Assembly: GCA_002699695.2 (NCBI GenBank)
Contig: PACC02000043.1
Location: 637-64,636 of the forward strand
Length of the DNA: 64,000 bases
DNA from: Paracoccaceae bacterium
GTDB lineage: Bacteria; Pseudomonadota; Alphaproteobacteria; Rhodobacterales; Rhodobacteraceae
Reading direction: 5' to 3'
The translations under genes were made by a program, and so were the position numbers. The notes below the pieces were generated by a model, which was not told the origin of the DNA, did no database searches, and worked only from the letters and a program-made list of their open reading frames with translations. Each line of letters opens with the position of its first letter. Positions within the stretch are counted from its first letter, which is position 1. Shown one piece after another: positions 55,161 to 64,000 of this stretch.

Positions 55161-56449
55161 AAAGTTTAAGGTCAGTACCCAGAGAGAATATTTTCCCCGC
55201 ACCATTTGATGTAAGTTGGTTTTACCAGCCAACCATAAGAAAATTACTTTCTATCCTTCAATCTGAAGGGGCAGAAGTATTTGCAGTGGGCGGCTGTGTA
55301 AGAGATTCTTTTTGGAAAAAAAAAGTAGAAGAAATTGATTTAGCTATCAATATTGATCCTATCCAGGTGAAAGAATTATTGAATAAAATAGATTGCAGAG
55401 TTCTAAATATTGGAATTGAATATGGCACTGTTACAGTAATTCTAGAGGGTTACAAATTTGAAATTACAAGTTTTCGAAAAGACATAAAAACATTTGGCCG
55501 AAAGGCAAAGGTTCAATACTGTGATGACTTGAAAGAAGATGCCAAGAGAAGAGATTTTAGTTTCAATACAATTTATTTGAAGCCAAATGGTTTAATCGTT
55601 GATCCATTAGGAAATTTTTCTGACTTAAGAAGTGGAACAGTAAAATTTGTTGGTGATCCAAATGAACGGATAAATGAGGATCATCTCAGAATTTTAAGAT
55701 ATTTTCGTTTTGTGAGTAGGTTTCCAAATACAAATAAGGCTCCTGACCAGGAAACCTTGAGTACTATCAAAAGAAAAAGACATTTAATCTTAGAATTAAG
55801 TCGAGAAAGAATTTGGAATGAACTAAAATTGATACTGTGTAGCCATTCTATAGATTTAGTCATCAGCTTAATGAACCAAACTGGGTTGCTGGCTCTAATA
55901 TTTCCACAGGCAAGGCTGGATCTAGTACAAAAAATGTCTAAATTAGAAAAAATGTTAGAGAAGATCATCAATAAAGTGAATGAAGGTGGATCTGTTGATC
56001 TCTGCGACCCGATACGCCGTCTTGCCTTACTTTCTAATGGGAGCGATGACTTTCATCAGACGATGTTTTCTTTAGATAAAAAAGAATTAAAGCGTTTGAG
56101 ATTTTATCAACTGCAAGTTAGTAAGATATTTGAGAGTTGTCACTTGATGGGTTTTCGCCATGGTTTACAAAATGGCATTGATTTATTGTTGCTGAGTATG
56201 ACAGTGATTGAGGAACCTGCTAGTTCTAAGATTGAGGAAGAAACCCAAATTATCTTAAAGCGTTGTCATAAGAAAATAGTTGAAGGATCATTCGCAAGAT
56301 TTCCGCTATCAGGCCAAGATCTTTTGAATAAAGGATACTCCGGGAGAAATTTGGGTTTAATTCTTAAGGAATTGGAGACAGCTTGGATAGCATCTGGGTT
56401 TTCTTTAAGCAGATGTCAATTACTTAAGAAAGTTCGATTTATAAAATGA
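55157..56449 (+). CDS. cca: CCA tRNA nucleotidyltransferase / poly(A) polymerase family
   Basis: GGCVRDSFWKKKVEEIDLAI, RDFSFNTIY, EDHLRILRYFRF. Confidence 0.8.
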   Translation: MKSLRSVPRENIFPAPFDVSWFYQPTIRKLLSILQSEGAEVFAVGGCVRDSFWKKKVEEIDLAINIDPIQVKELLNKIDCRVLNIGIEYGTVTVILEGYKFEITSFRKDIKTFGRKAKVQYCDDLKEDAKRRDFSFNTIYLKPNGLIVDPLGNFSDLRSGTVKFVGDPNERINEDHLRILRYFRFVSRFPNTNKAPDQETLSTIKRKRHLILELSRERIWNELKLILCSHSIDLVISLMNQTGLLALIFPQARLDLVQKMSKLEKMLEKIINKVNEGGSVDLCDPIRRLALLSNGSDDFHQTMFSLDKKELKRLRFYQLQVSKIFESCHLMGFRHGLQNGIDLLLLSMTVIEEPASSKIEEETQIILKRCHKKIVEGSFARFPLSGQDLLNKGYSGRNLGLILKELETAWIASGFSLSRCQLLKKVRFIK

Positions 56450-57352
56450 TTAAGGCCATTTAGCAATAGGTGGTAGGCTCATTAAAACAGCTTCGGGATT
56501 ATGTCCTGTTTGTAGGCCAAATTGAGTTCCGCGATCGTAGACAAGATTAAATTCAGCATAACGACCTCTTTTTATAAGCTGCCACTCTCGATCTTCAGGC
56601 GTCCATTCTTCTCCGATATGTTTTTTTGTTATAGTGACAAATCCTTCAAGGAAGGCCTTACCAACGTCTCTGGTAAAAGAAAAATCACTTTCCCAATTTC
56701 CTGTATTAAGGTCATCAAAGAAAATCCCACCAACTCCTCTTGGTTCATTCCAATGTTTTATCATAAAGTACTCATCTGCCCATGCCTTAAATTTTGGGTA
56801 ATACTGTTTATTGGTTTTATCACAGGCTTTTTTTAAACACTTATGAAAAAAGTGAGTGTCTGTCTTGTTTTCAATCATAGGATTTAAATCTGAACCACCA
56901 CCAAACCATGTCATAGACGGGGTCCAAAACATTCGGGTATTCATATGGACGGCAGGTGTTTTTGGTGATTGCATGTGGGCCACCAAACTGATTCCAGAAG
57001 CCCAAAATCTTGGGTCATCCTTTAGCCCAGGTATATCATGTCTAGATGAAAGGCTCTTTTGAGCAAGAGGCTCCAAATCTCCATATACTGTAGAAATATT
57101 TACTCCTACCTTTTCAAAAACCCTACCATTTCTCATAACGGACATTACACCACCACCACCATCCTGATTATTTTTTCCTTGCCTAGTGGTATTTTTTCTC
57201 TCAAATTTTCCAGGATCAGAAGGTGGATAGGGACCTGAAACTTGATTTAGCTCAATTTTTTCAAATTCGTCACAAATGATATCCCTTAATTTTTTGAACC
57301 AATTTTGTGCTAGGTTCTTTTCATTCTCGCCTATTTTGGCTTTTGAATTCAT
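56450..57352 (-). CDS. hemF: oxygen-dependent coproporphyrinogen III oxidase
   Basis: 300 aa; FEKVGVNIS, AHMQSPKTPAVHMNTRMF, WFGGGSDLNP, RGRYAEFNLVYDRGT. Confidence 0.92.
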   Translation of the reverse strand: MNSKAKIGENEKNLAQNWFKKLRDIICDEFEKIELNQVSGPYPPSDPGKFERKNTTRQGKNNQDGGGGVMSVMRNGRVFEKVGVNISTVYGDLEPLAQKSLSSRHDIPGLKDDPRFWASGISLVAHMQSPKTPAVHMNTRMFWTPSMTWFGGGSDLNPMIENKTDTHFFHKCLKKACDKTNKQYYPKFKAWADEYFMIKHWNEPRGVGGIFFDDLNTGNWESDFSFTRDVGKAFLEGFVTITKKHIGEEWTPEDREWQLIKRGRYAEFNLVYDRGTQFGLQTGHNPEAVLMSLPPIAKWP

Positions 57353-57439
57353 CGTATAATCCTTTTTACAGTGTCATTGTTGTGACGTAATATAAACATT
57401 ACCATCGAAATCTTTTTAGGTACAATATAAATACTTGCA

Positions 57440-57453
57440 TTGAGCTGTGTCAA
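57440..57453. promoter_or_regulatory. FixK/FNR-type half-site pair TTGA-N6-TCAA in the hemF-tlyA divergent intergenic region (candidate only)
   Basis: TTGAGCTGTGTCAA read directly. A 4+4 match is expected by chance a few times in a window this size. Confidence 0.2.
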
Positions 57454-57480
57454 AATAGCTATTTGATGATAGGATAAAAT

Positions 57481-58203
57481 ATGAGGCTAGATCGGGCTTT
57501 AGTTGAGCGTGGAATAATTGAAACTAGAGCAAGGGCATGTGATCTAATCAAAGAAGGTTTGGTAAAAGTAAATAACTTTCCAGTCTTGAAACCCTCCCGA
57601 AGTATTAGCTTAGATGATGAAATAGTCGTGGATAAAGAAAATTTTCCATGGGTTAGTCGGGGAGCTAAAAAACTGGATTTTGCTATTCAAGAGTTTGTTC
57701 TCAATCCTAAGGATATGATTGTATTTGATTTAGGAGCCTCAACGGGAGGCTTCACAGAAGTTTTATTAAAATATGGGGCTAAGAGAGTTTATGCGATTGA
57801 TGTTGGGCAAGATCAATTGCATATGAAACTAAAAGCTGATTATCGAGTACGCGACCTATCAGGTTTAGATGTACGCAAGATCGACTACTTAGACTTACCA
57901 AAACCTGAATGGATTGTTGCTGATTTATCTTTCATATCACTTACAAAAGCTCTCCCAAGAATTATGGCAAGAGCTTCATTGGGAGCCAAAATAATTTGTC
58001 TCATCAAACCTCAGTTCGAATTATCGAAAAAAAATATTGGGAAGAATGGTGTTGTGAAGTGTGAAGATTTAAGAAGATTCGCTGTAAAAAATGTTGTTAA
58101 CTTTTTTTGTCAGGATAATTGGAAGGTTTTGGAAATTACATCAAGTCCGATATTGGGACGTTCCGGGAATATGGAATTTCTATTGTTAGCAAAGAAATAT
58201 TGA
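57481..58203 (+). CDS. tlyA: TlyA-family rRNA 2'-O-methyltransferase
   Basis: S4-like MRLDRALVERGIIETRARA plus FDLGASTGGFTEVLL (FtsJ-type SAM site). Confidence 0.88.
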   Translation: MRLDRALVERGIIETRARACDLIKEGLVKVNNFPVLKPSRSISLDDEIVVDKENFPWVSRGAKKLDFAIQEFVLNPKDMIVFDLGASTGGFTEVLLKYGAKRVYAIDVGQDQLHMKLKADYRVRDLSGLDVRKIDYLDLPKPEWIVADLSFISLTKALPRIMARASLGAKIICLIKPQFELSKKNIGKNGVVKCEDLRRFAVKNVVNFFCQDNWKVLEITSSPILGRSGNMEFLLLAKKY

Positions 58204-58210
58204 TTGCAGA

Positions 58211-59293
58211 TTATCCTATTTGGCCCCGGTTTATCAAATATTGATCTAACAAAACACAAGCCATCATTGCCTCTCCAACAGGGACAGCCCTTATCCCTAC
58301 GCAAGGATCGTGTCTCCCTTTTGTTATAACTTCTACTTCGTCACCACTCTCATCGATCGACAGCTTGGAGGTAGCGATTGACGATGTAGGTTTTACGGCA
58401 AATCGGGTGACTATATCCTGGCCTGTTGAAATTCCACCTAGTATGCCGCCAGCATTATTTGAGAGGAAAACTGGTTCATTATTATCGTTTATCCTTATCT
58501 CATCAGCATTTTCTTTTCCAGTAGATGAGGCGGACATAATGCCATTACCTATTTCTACAGCTTTTACAGCGTTGATGGACATCATGGCTGAAGCTATTTG
58601 GGCATCTAGCTTATTGTAAATTGGAGATCCTAGTCCGATAGGAACATTTTTGGCTAAGATTTCAATAATTGCCCCAACAGAATTTTTATTTTTTCGAGTT
58701 TTATCTAAGTAATCAGCCCATTTACTCACTGTATGCTTGTCAGGTGACCAAAAAGGATTCTGAGATATTGTAGAAATATCAAAATTTTTCCGATCAATTT
58801 CATGTTCTCCAATTCTTACTAAATACCCGATTATATCTAAGTTTGGAACTAGTTTTCTTAGTACTAATCGAGCAACAGACCCTGCGGCTACTCTAACAGC
58901 AGTTTCTCTTGCTGATGCTCTACCGCCACCGCGGTAATCTCTGATACCATATTTCTTATGATAGGTAATATCTGCATGTCCAGGTCGAAAAGAAGTTGCT
59001 ATATTTGAATAGTCTTTAGATCTCTGGTCTAAGTTTTGGACTACAATCTGTATAGGGGTGCCTGTAGTTTTCCCTTCGAATGTTCCTGACAATATTTCAA
59101 CGGTATCTGCCTCTTTTCTTTGGGTTGTATATTTACTTTGACCTGGCTTCCTTTTGTCCATGAAAACTTGAATCATAGATTCAGAAATTTCTATATTTGG
59201 AGGACATCCATCTATAGTTACTCCTATTGCTTTGCCATGACTTTCTCCCCACGTAGAGAAGCGAAACAAATGTCCAAAACTGTTCATTGACAT
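58211..59293 (-). CDS. aroC: chorismate synthase
   Basis: [32 protein letters not shown]. Confidence 0.95.
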   Translation of the reverse strand: MSMNSFGHLFRFSTWGESHGKAIGVTIDGCPPNIEISESMIQVFMDKRKPGQSKYTTQRKEADTVEILSGTFEGKTTGTPIQIVVQNLDQRSKDYSNIATSFRPGHADITYHKKYGIRDYRGGGRASARETAVRVAAGSVARLVLRKLVPNLDIIGYLVRIGEHEIDRKNFDISTISQNPFWSPDKHTVSKWADYLDKTRKNKNSVGAIIEILAKNVPIGLGSPIYNKLDAQIASAMMSINAVKAVEIGNGIMSASSTGKENADEIRINDNNEPVFLSNNAGGILGGISTGQDIVTRFAVKPTSSIATSKLSIDESGDEVEVITKGRHDPCVGIRAVPVGEAMMACVLLDQYLINRGQIG

Positions 59294-59334
59294 GGCTGGC
59301 CTTTAGGAAATTCAGATGCAAAAATACTTTTCAA

Positions 59335-59359
59335 AGCTAACATTGTATATTAGTTAGCT
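59335..59359 (-). terminator. weak candidate hairpin downstream of petC
   Basis: 7-bp stem AGCTAAC/GTTAGCT with an 11-nt loop, followed on the minus strand only by an interrupted T-rich run (TTGAAAAGTATTTTT). Confidence 0.3.
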
Positions 59360-59410
59360 AGTATCATCAAATACTTAAAAACACATATTTCTTGTAGATT
59401 TGATGCTTTC

Positions 59411-60199
59411 TTATGCTTGCCTTTTTTTAATATTCGCCCATAGCTTCTTATTGGTGAAGTATAGTAGAATGGCTAAAACTATCAAATAAAGGGCGGCTGT
59501 GAATCCAAATTCTTTACGAGCATTTAATTTTGGTTCTGCTGCCCACATTAAAAATGCTGCGACATCTTTTGCTTCCTGTTCAATTGAAGCTTCGGTCCCA
59601 TCAATATACTCGACATCATCTCCCCAAAGAGGTTGGGCCATGCCTATCCAGTTTCCAGGGAAATATTTGTTTTCATAAAGAGTTGTTCCGGCTTGTTCTT
59701 TTTCTTCTTCTGTATAACCTTTCAATAAGTTTACAATGTATTCTGGTCCGCCCATACCTTTTAGGAGCTGGTTTATTCCAGTCCCATAGGGTCCATGAAA
59801 ACCCGCACGTGCTTTTGCTATTAAACTTAGGTCAGGGGCATTTTCAATCCCTGAAACTGGAAATTTGTCTGAGGGCCTTCCTTCTCTATAGTCATCAAGT
59901 TCAGGGTCATAAATCTCATATTCAGCTGCATAGGCTTTTACTTGCTTAGGAGTTAATTCAGGTCCTCCTGAATCTCCTAAAGTTCTGAAAGCTACTTGAC
60001 GCAAACCATGACAGCCTGAGCATACCTCAGTGAAGACTTGTAAACCTCTTTGAAGTTGGTTTCTTTCATAAGTACCCAGAGGACCCTCAAAAGAAAAATC
60101 TATGTCCTCAATTCTTTGGGTTTTTTCTGCGGCAAAGGCTGGAACACTTAAGAGTAAGCTAAATGTTAAATAAAAAAATGAGAGACAGTTTTTTTTCAT
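59411..60199 (-). CDS. petC: cytochrome c1 of the bc1 complex
   Basis: Signal peptide, CSGCHG haem-binding motif, C-terminal TM anchor. Confidence 0.9.
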   Translation of the reverse strand: MKKNCLSFFYLTFSLLLSVPAFAAEKTQRIEDIDFSFEGPLGTYERNQLQRGLQVFTEVCSGCHGLRQVAFRTLGDSGGPELTPKQVKAYAAEYEIYDPELDDYREGRPSDKFPVSGIENAPDLSLIAKARAGFHGPYGTGINQLLKGMGGPEYIVNLLKGYTEEEKEQAGTTLYENKYFPGNWIGMAQPLWGDDVEYIDGTEASIEQEAKDVAAFLMWAAEPKLNARKEFGFTAALYLIVLAILLYFTNKKLWANIKKRQA

Positions 60200-60236
60200 A
60201 GGATTATTTTCATGTGGGAGTTTCTGGTTACTTTAC

Positions 60237-61598
60237 TTACTCAGGGGCTATATTGCTTTTCTTTTTGACATCATTGTCAGGGCTATGGATTCCTCTTTTT
60301 TTGTTTTGAAGTATCACAGCTTCTTCAATAGTTTCAGGTTCTTGATCAGGAGTTTCAATAAGACCTAACAAAGGGAGTAATACCAGGAAATAAGCAAACC
60401 AATAAGCACTGCCTATGAGTGCAATAGTAGCATAAGGTTCTTCAGCTGGCATTGCTCCGCACCACATCAATACAAAGAAGTCTATAACCAAAAGGGCAAA
60501 CCACCACTTGAATTGTGGTCTATATCTTCCTGATCTTACTGAAGAAGTATCCAGCCATGGAGCAAGTGCCATGACAATTATAGCTCCAAACATAGCTATT
60601 ATGCCAAATAGTTTTGCGGTAACTATACCCCCGCTCAAGAAAGTGGCTAGTTGTACAACCCATACTTCTGCTGTGAAGGCCCTTAATATAGCATAAAAAG
60701 GAAGTAAGTACCATTCAGGTACAATATGTGCTGGGGTTACAAGAGCATTTGCTTCGATATAATTGTCAGGATGACCTAAGTAATTTGGCATAAATGCAAC
60801 AACAGATACAAATGCAATTAATATAACTACAAGTGCAAACATATCTTTGATAACGTAATAAGGCCAAAAAGGTACTGTGTCTTTTTGAGCATCTTCTTTT
60901 GACGTTCTCCGAACTTCTACCCCTGTCGGATTATTATTACCTGTAGTATGAAATGCCCATATGTGAAGTATTACCAAGCCAAGAATAACAAAAGGGAGTA
61001 AATAATGGAGACTAAAAAACCTATTTAGAGTTGCATTATCTACTGCAGGACCACCTAAAAGCCATACTTGAAAAGGTTCACCGACTACTGGGATTGCTCC
61101 AAAAAGACTTGTTATAACCGTAGCACCCCAAAAGGACATTTGTCCCCAAGGCAAGACATATCCCATGAAAACAGTTGCCATCATTGCTACATAAATGAGC
61201 ATGCCAAGTATCCAAGTGATTTCTCTTGGTTCTTTATAGGATCCATAAAATAATCCTCTGAATATATGCATGTAAACAGCAATGAAAAATAGGGAGGCCC
61301 CATTTGCATGTATATAGCGTATGGCCCAGCCAGCATTTACATTTCTCATGATATGCTCAACACTATCAAAAGCATGATCTACGTGTGGAGTATAATGCAT
61401 AACCAAGACAATGCCGGTAATGATCTGGAGAGTTAAGCAAAAGGTAAGAACAATTCCCCAAATCCACATCCAGTTTAAATTTTTTGGTGTTGGAATCATG
61501 AGTGTGTCATGAATAAGTCCAAAAATTGGTAATCTCTTGTGCATCCAAGATTGAAAACCTGGTTTTGGTTTATAGTGATCGTGAGGAATTTCACCCAT
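60237..61598 (-). CDS. petB: cytochrome b of the bc1 complex
   Basis: 453 aa; [31 protein letters not shown]. Confidence 0.95.
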   Translation of the reverse strand: MGEIPHDHYKPKPGFQSWMHKRLPIFGLIHDTLMIPTPKNLNWMWIWGIVLTFCLTLQIITGIVLVMHYTPHVDHAFDSVEHIMRNVNAGWAIRYIHANGASLFFIAVYMHIFRGLFYGSYKEPREITWILGMLIYVAMMATVFMGYVLPWGQMSFWGATVITSLFGAIPVVGEPFQVWLLGGPAVDNATLNRFFSLHYLLPFVILGLVILHIWAFHTTGNNNPTGVEVRRTSKEDAQKDTVPFWPYYVIKDMFALVVILIAFVSVVAFMPNYLGHPDNYIEANALVTPAHIVPEWYLLPFYAILRAFTAEVWVVQLATFLSGGIVTAKLFGIIAMFGAIIVMALAPWLDTSSVRSGRYRPQFKWWFALLVIDFFVLMWCGAMPAEEPYATIALIGSAYWFAYFLVLLPLLGLIETPDQEPETIEEAVILQNKKRGIHSPDNDVKKKSNIAPE

Positions 61599-61610
61599 TA
61601 TTTTTTCCTT

Positions 61611-62168
61611 TTAACCAAGTTTAATAATTAAATCTTCGATGAATTCAGCCTTAGGAACAATAAGATTCTTGGGTGCAGGTCCCTTTCGAATCCTACCAGC
61701 CGTGTCATAGTGTGAGCCGTGACAAGGGCAAAACCAGCCGTTGAAATCTCCTGCTTCTGCCAAAGGTACACAGCCTAGATGGGTGCAAACTCCCACCATA
61801 ACCAACCATTCTCCTGCTTCATCCAATGTTCGATTTTCATCGCTAGCATCAGTATTTGGTTTGTTTTTATTATCTGATAGAGGATCTGGCAAAGTTTCTA
61901 AATCCACTGCTCTGGCAGCCTGAATTTCCTCTTCAGTTCGCCTTCTAATAAATACTGGTTTACCTAGCCACTTTATTGTTATTTGAGATCCTGGCTCAAC
62001 GTCTGCAACATCAACTTCAATTGATGACAGGGCTTGCACATCAGCAGACGGATTCATTTGATCAATTAGAGGCCATATAGCTGCAGCAGTAGTAATTGTA
62101 CCAGCTGCTGCTGTAGCAACGTAAATGAAATCTCTTCTAGAAGGTTCCTTGCTTTCAGTTTCTGACAT
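61611..62168 (-). CDS. petA: ubiquinol-cytochrome c reductase Rieske iron-sulfur subunit
   Basis: Tat-like SRRDFIY leader; CTHLGCVP and CPCHGSHYD 2Fe-2S boxes. Confidence 0.95.
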   Translation of the reverse strand: MSETESKEPSRRDFIYVATAAAGTITTAAAIWPLIDQMNPSADVQALSSIEVDVADVEPGSQITIKWLGKPVFIRRRTEEEIQAARAVDLETLPDPLSDNKNKPNTDASDENRTLDEAGEWLVMVGVCTHLGCVPLAEAGDFNGWFCPCHGSHYDTAGRIRKGPAPKNLIVPKAEFIEDLIIKLG

Positions 62169-62293
62169 TTCTGTCTCCTAATCCCTTTATGAGGTACTTG
62201 GCAACCAATGGCTTCACTTAATTCCTTGGAATGTGATATATAACCTTATTCAATGTGAGTCTAGCAGACTTTCCGACGCAGGTGGCATTATAG

Positions 62294-62755
62294 ATGAAGT
62301 CAATCGATTTGAGGCTGGCAGTTTACCAGCCCGATATCCCTCAAAATCTAGGTTCTATGATAAGATTAGCAGCTTGTTTTGGTGTTAAAATGGATATAAT
62401 TGGCCCATGTGGTTTTCCATTTTCAAAGGCTGTATTGAAGAGAACGGCGATGGATTACTTGGATGTAGCTAAAATTGACCATCACTCAAGTTACGATTTT
62501 TTCAGAACTAATATACCCTCTTCAAGCAGATTGGTCCTTCTTACTGTCCAAGCATCAGTCAGTATTTGGGATTATAAGTTCAAACCAAATGATACAATAG
62601 TCGTTGGTCGAGAAAGTGTTGGGGTGCCTGACTTAATTAGGAAAGAAATTAAGGATCAAATCAGAATACCTATGGTTCCTTCAGTCAGATGTCTTAATGT
62701 GGCAAATGCTGCATCAATAGCTTTGGCTGAAGCGACAAGGCAAATAGGAATGTGA
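62294..62755 (+). CDS. trmL: SpoU/TrmL-type tRNA (cytidine/uridine-2'-O)-methyltransferase
   Basis: 153 aa; NLGSMIRLAACFG, VGRESVGVP, LNVANAASIAL. Confidence 0.85.
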   Translation: MKSIDLRLAVYQPDIPQNLGSMIRLAACFGVKMDIIGPCGFPFSKAVLKRTAMDYLDVAKIDHHSSYDFFRTNIPSSSRLVLLTVQASVSIWDYKFKPNDTIVVGRESVGVPDLIRKEIKDQIRIPMVPSVRCLNVANAASIALAEATRQIGM

Positions 62756-62870
62756 ACAATATCTAGTTTGATTAATACGAGTTGATTCCTAACTTGCTAA
62801 ATTGGCCATGGTTTATTATCGTCATTGAAGTTTTAACTTTATTGGCTGTAAATGAACTTTCGAGGTATAT

Positions 62871-64000
62871 ATGGATAAGAAAATTGAAAATATTGATTTA
62901 CGTTCTCTATTGGCTGATACCAGTTTGCTTAGGAGCCAGGCTTACATTGCTGGGGAATGGGTTGATTCAAATTCAAATAAGACTTTCAATGTAATTGATC
63001 CTGCCAGCTCGCAGACTATTACTACTGTTCCCGATCTTGGTGTAGAGGAGGCTCGATCTGCTATAGACGCTGCCTACGAGGCTCAGAAAAGCTGGTCTAT
63101 TAAAACTGGGAAAGAAAGAGCTGCAATTATTCAAAAATTCTATCATTTAATGCTTGAAAACGCTGATGACCTAGCAAAAATTCTTACGGCGGAAATGGGA
63201 AAACCATTGTCCGAAGCAAAAGGTGAAATAACATATGGGGCTAGTTTCTTGGAGTTTTACGCGGAAGAAGCTAAAAGGATTTATGGGGAAACTATACCTG
63301 GTCACCAAGCGGATAAAAAGCTTTTGGTGATCAAGCAACCAATAGGTGTTGTGACCTCTATCACTCCTTGGAATTTTCCAAATGCCATGATTACCAGAAA
63401 ACTGGGTCCTGCATTAGCTGCTGGTTGCACTTTTGTTGCTAAACCGGCTGCAGAGACTCCTTTGTCTGCTTTGGCTATTGCAGTTTTGGCTGAGAGAGCA
63501 GGATTGCCTAAAGGAGTTTTCTCAATGGTTACCTCTAAGCAGTCTAAACTGATTGGCGAAGAATTTTGTTCGAATTCAAAAGTTCGAAAACTGACTTTTA
63601 CTGGTTCAACAGAGGTTGGTAGGGTTTTGCTTAAGCAAGGATCTGAACAAGTCTTAAAAATGTCCATGGAACTTGGAGGGAATGCTCCATTTATAGTATT
63701 CGATGATGCCGATTTGGATGCTGCGGTCGAAGGTGCAATAATTTCTAAATATCGAAATAATGGACAAACTTGTGTGTGTGCAAATAGGATTTATGTCCAA
63801 GACGATATTTATAATGCATTTGCAGAGAAGTTGAGTAAAGCGGTACAAAAATTCAATGTAGGCAGTGGTTTTGATAATAATGTGACTCTGGGTCCACTAA
63901 TTACTGAAGATGCAGTTCTTAAGGTTGAGCAGCATATACAGGATGCTATTTCCAAAGGAGCAAAGTTGGTTTCGGGAGGGAAAAGACACAGTCTTGGGGG
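62871..64000 (+). CDS. gabD: NAD(P)-dependent succinate-semialdehyde dehydrogenase (aldehyde dehydrogenase family), 3'-truncated by the window edge
   Basis: Not in the track (no stop inside the window). My translation from the ATG at 62871: MDKKIENIDLRSLLADTSLLRSQAYIAGEWVDS...ITPWNFPNAMITRK...MELGGNAPFIVFDDADLD...NNGQTCVCANRIYV. Confidence 0.9.
   Translation, partial: MDKKIENIDLRSLLADTSLLRSQAYIAGEWVDSNSNKTFNVIDPASSQTITTVPDLGVEEARSAIDAAYEAQKSWSIKTGKERAAIIQKFYHLMLENADDLAKILTAEMGKPLSEAKGEITYGASFLEFYAEEAKRIYGETIPGHQADKKLLVIKQPIGVVTSITPWNFPNAMITRKLGPALAAGCTFVAKPAAETPLSALAIAVLAERAGLPKGVFSMVTSKQSKLIGEEFCSNSKVRKLTFTGSTEVGRVLLKQGSEQVLKMSMELGGNAPFIVFDDADLDAAVEGAIISKYRNNGQTCVCANRIYVQDDIYNAFAEKLSKAVQKFNVGSGFDNNVTLGPLITEDAVLKVEQHIQDAISKGAKLVSGGKRHSLG

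Noticed and set aside
62230-62258. Direct repeat AATGTGA...AATGTGA spaced 22 bp apart in the petA-trmL divergent region, considered as possible RegA sites
   Set aside because: A 7-mer repeat within about 125 bp of AT-rich DNA is about what chance predicts, and it bears no resemblance to published RegA/RegR consensus sequences.
62782-62994. 70-aa hydrophobic ORF (TTG start) upstream of and overlapping gabD
   Set aside because: It overlaps the convincing gabD start (ATG at 62871) out of frame, and has no RBS or motif. It is probably spurious.

Overview
This is a visibly AT-rich, very gene-dense chromosomal window from a streamlined alphaproteobacterium. That assignment is an inference from three things: the regB / senC-regA redox module, the petABC cytochrome bc1 operon, and the rbfA-truB-rpsO-pnp and ftsK-lolA gene orders. 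I support about 65 protein-coding genes, almost all core metabolism and housekeeping:
- glpD-glpK
- a five-gene Liv-type amino-acid ABC transporter
- aroQ, kynU, dtd, a MatB-like malonyl-CoA synthetase, yggS, ribA, xthA
- ftsK-lolA, regB / senC-regA, tsaE, an SbcB-like exonuclease, trxA
- accD-folC, fadH, pip, ubiG, hemH, pnp, rpsO, truB, rbfA, dapB
- a lytic transglycosylase, hslO, cca, hemF, tlyA, aroC, petABC, trmL
- a 3'-truncated gabD

I could not recognise any rRNA, tRNA, CRISPR array, transposase or integrase, prophage gene or defence system. I therefore see no evidence for a novel multi-gene system here and treat the window as core genome.

The most notable direct observation is that three conserved genes have essential or conserved N-terminal sequence lying upstream of the first ATG/GTG/TTG in their frame. 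They are folC (including its P-loop), a class IV aminotransferase and an EamA transporter. In two of them a nearby out-of-frame ATG would be restored by one extra base in a homopolymer run. This points to near-cognate initiation, frameshifting, real decay or assembly indels.

Secondary observations:
- an OmpR-type regulator with Asn at the predicted phospho-acceptor position
- an SbcB-like exonuclease with a Cys-rich tail between tsaE and trxA
- a DUF1643 gene inserted between truB and rpsO
- a MarR-coupled orphan Rossmann-like gene
- near-absence of room for intrinsic terminators at convergent gene junctions

All functional calls come from reading the supplied translations against remembered family motifs. 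No searches were run.
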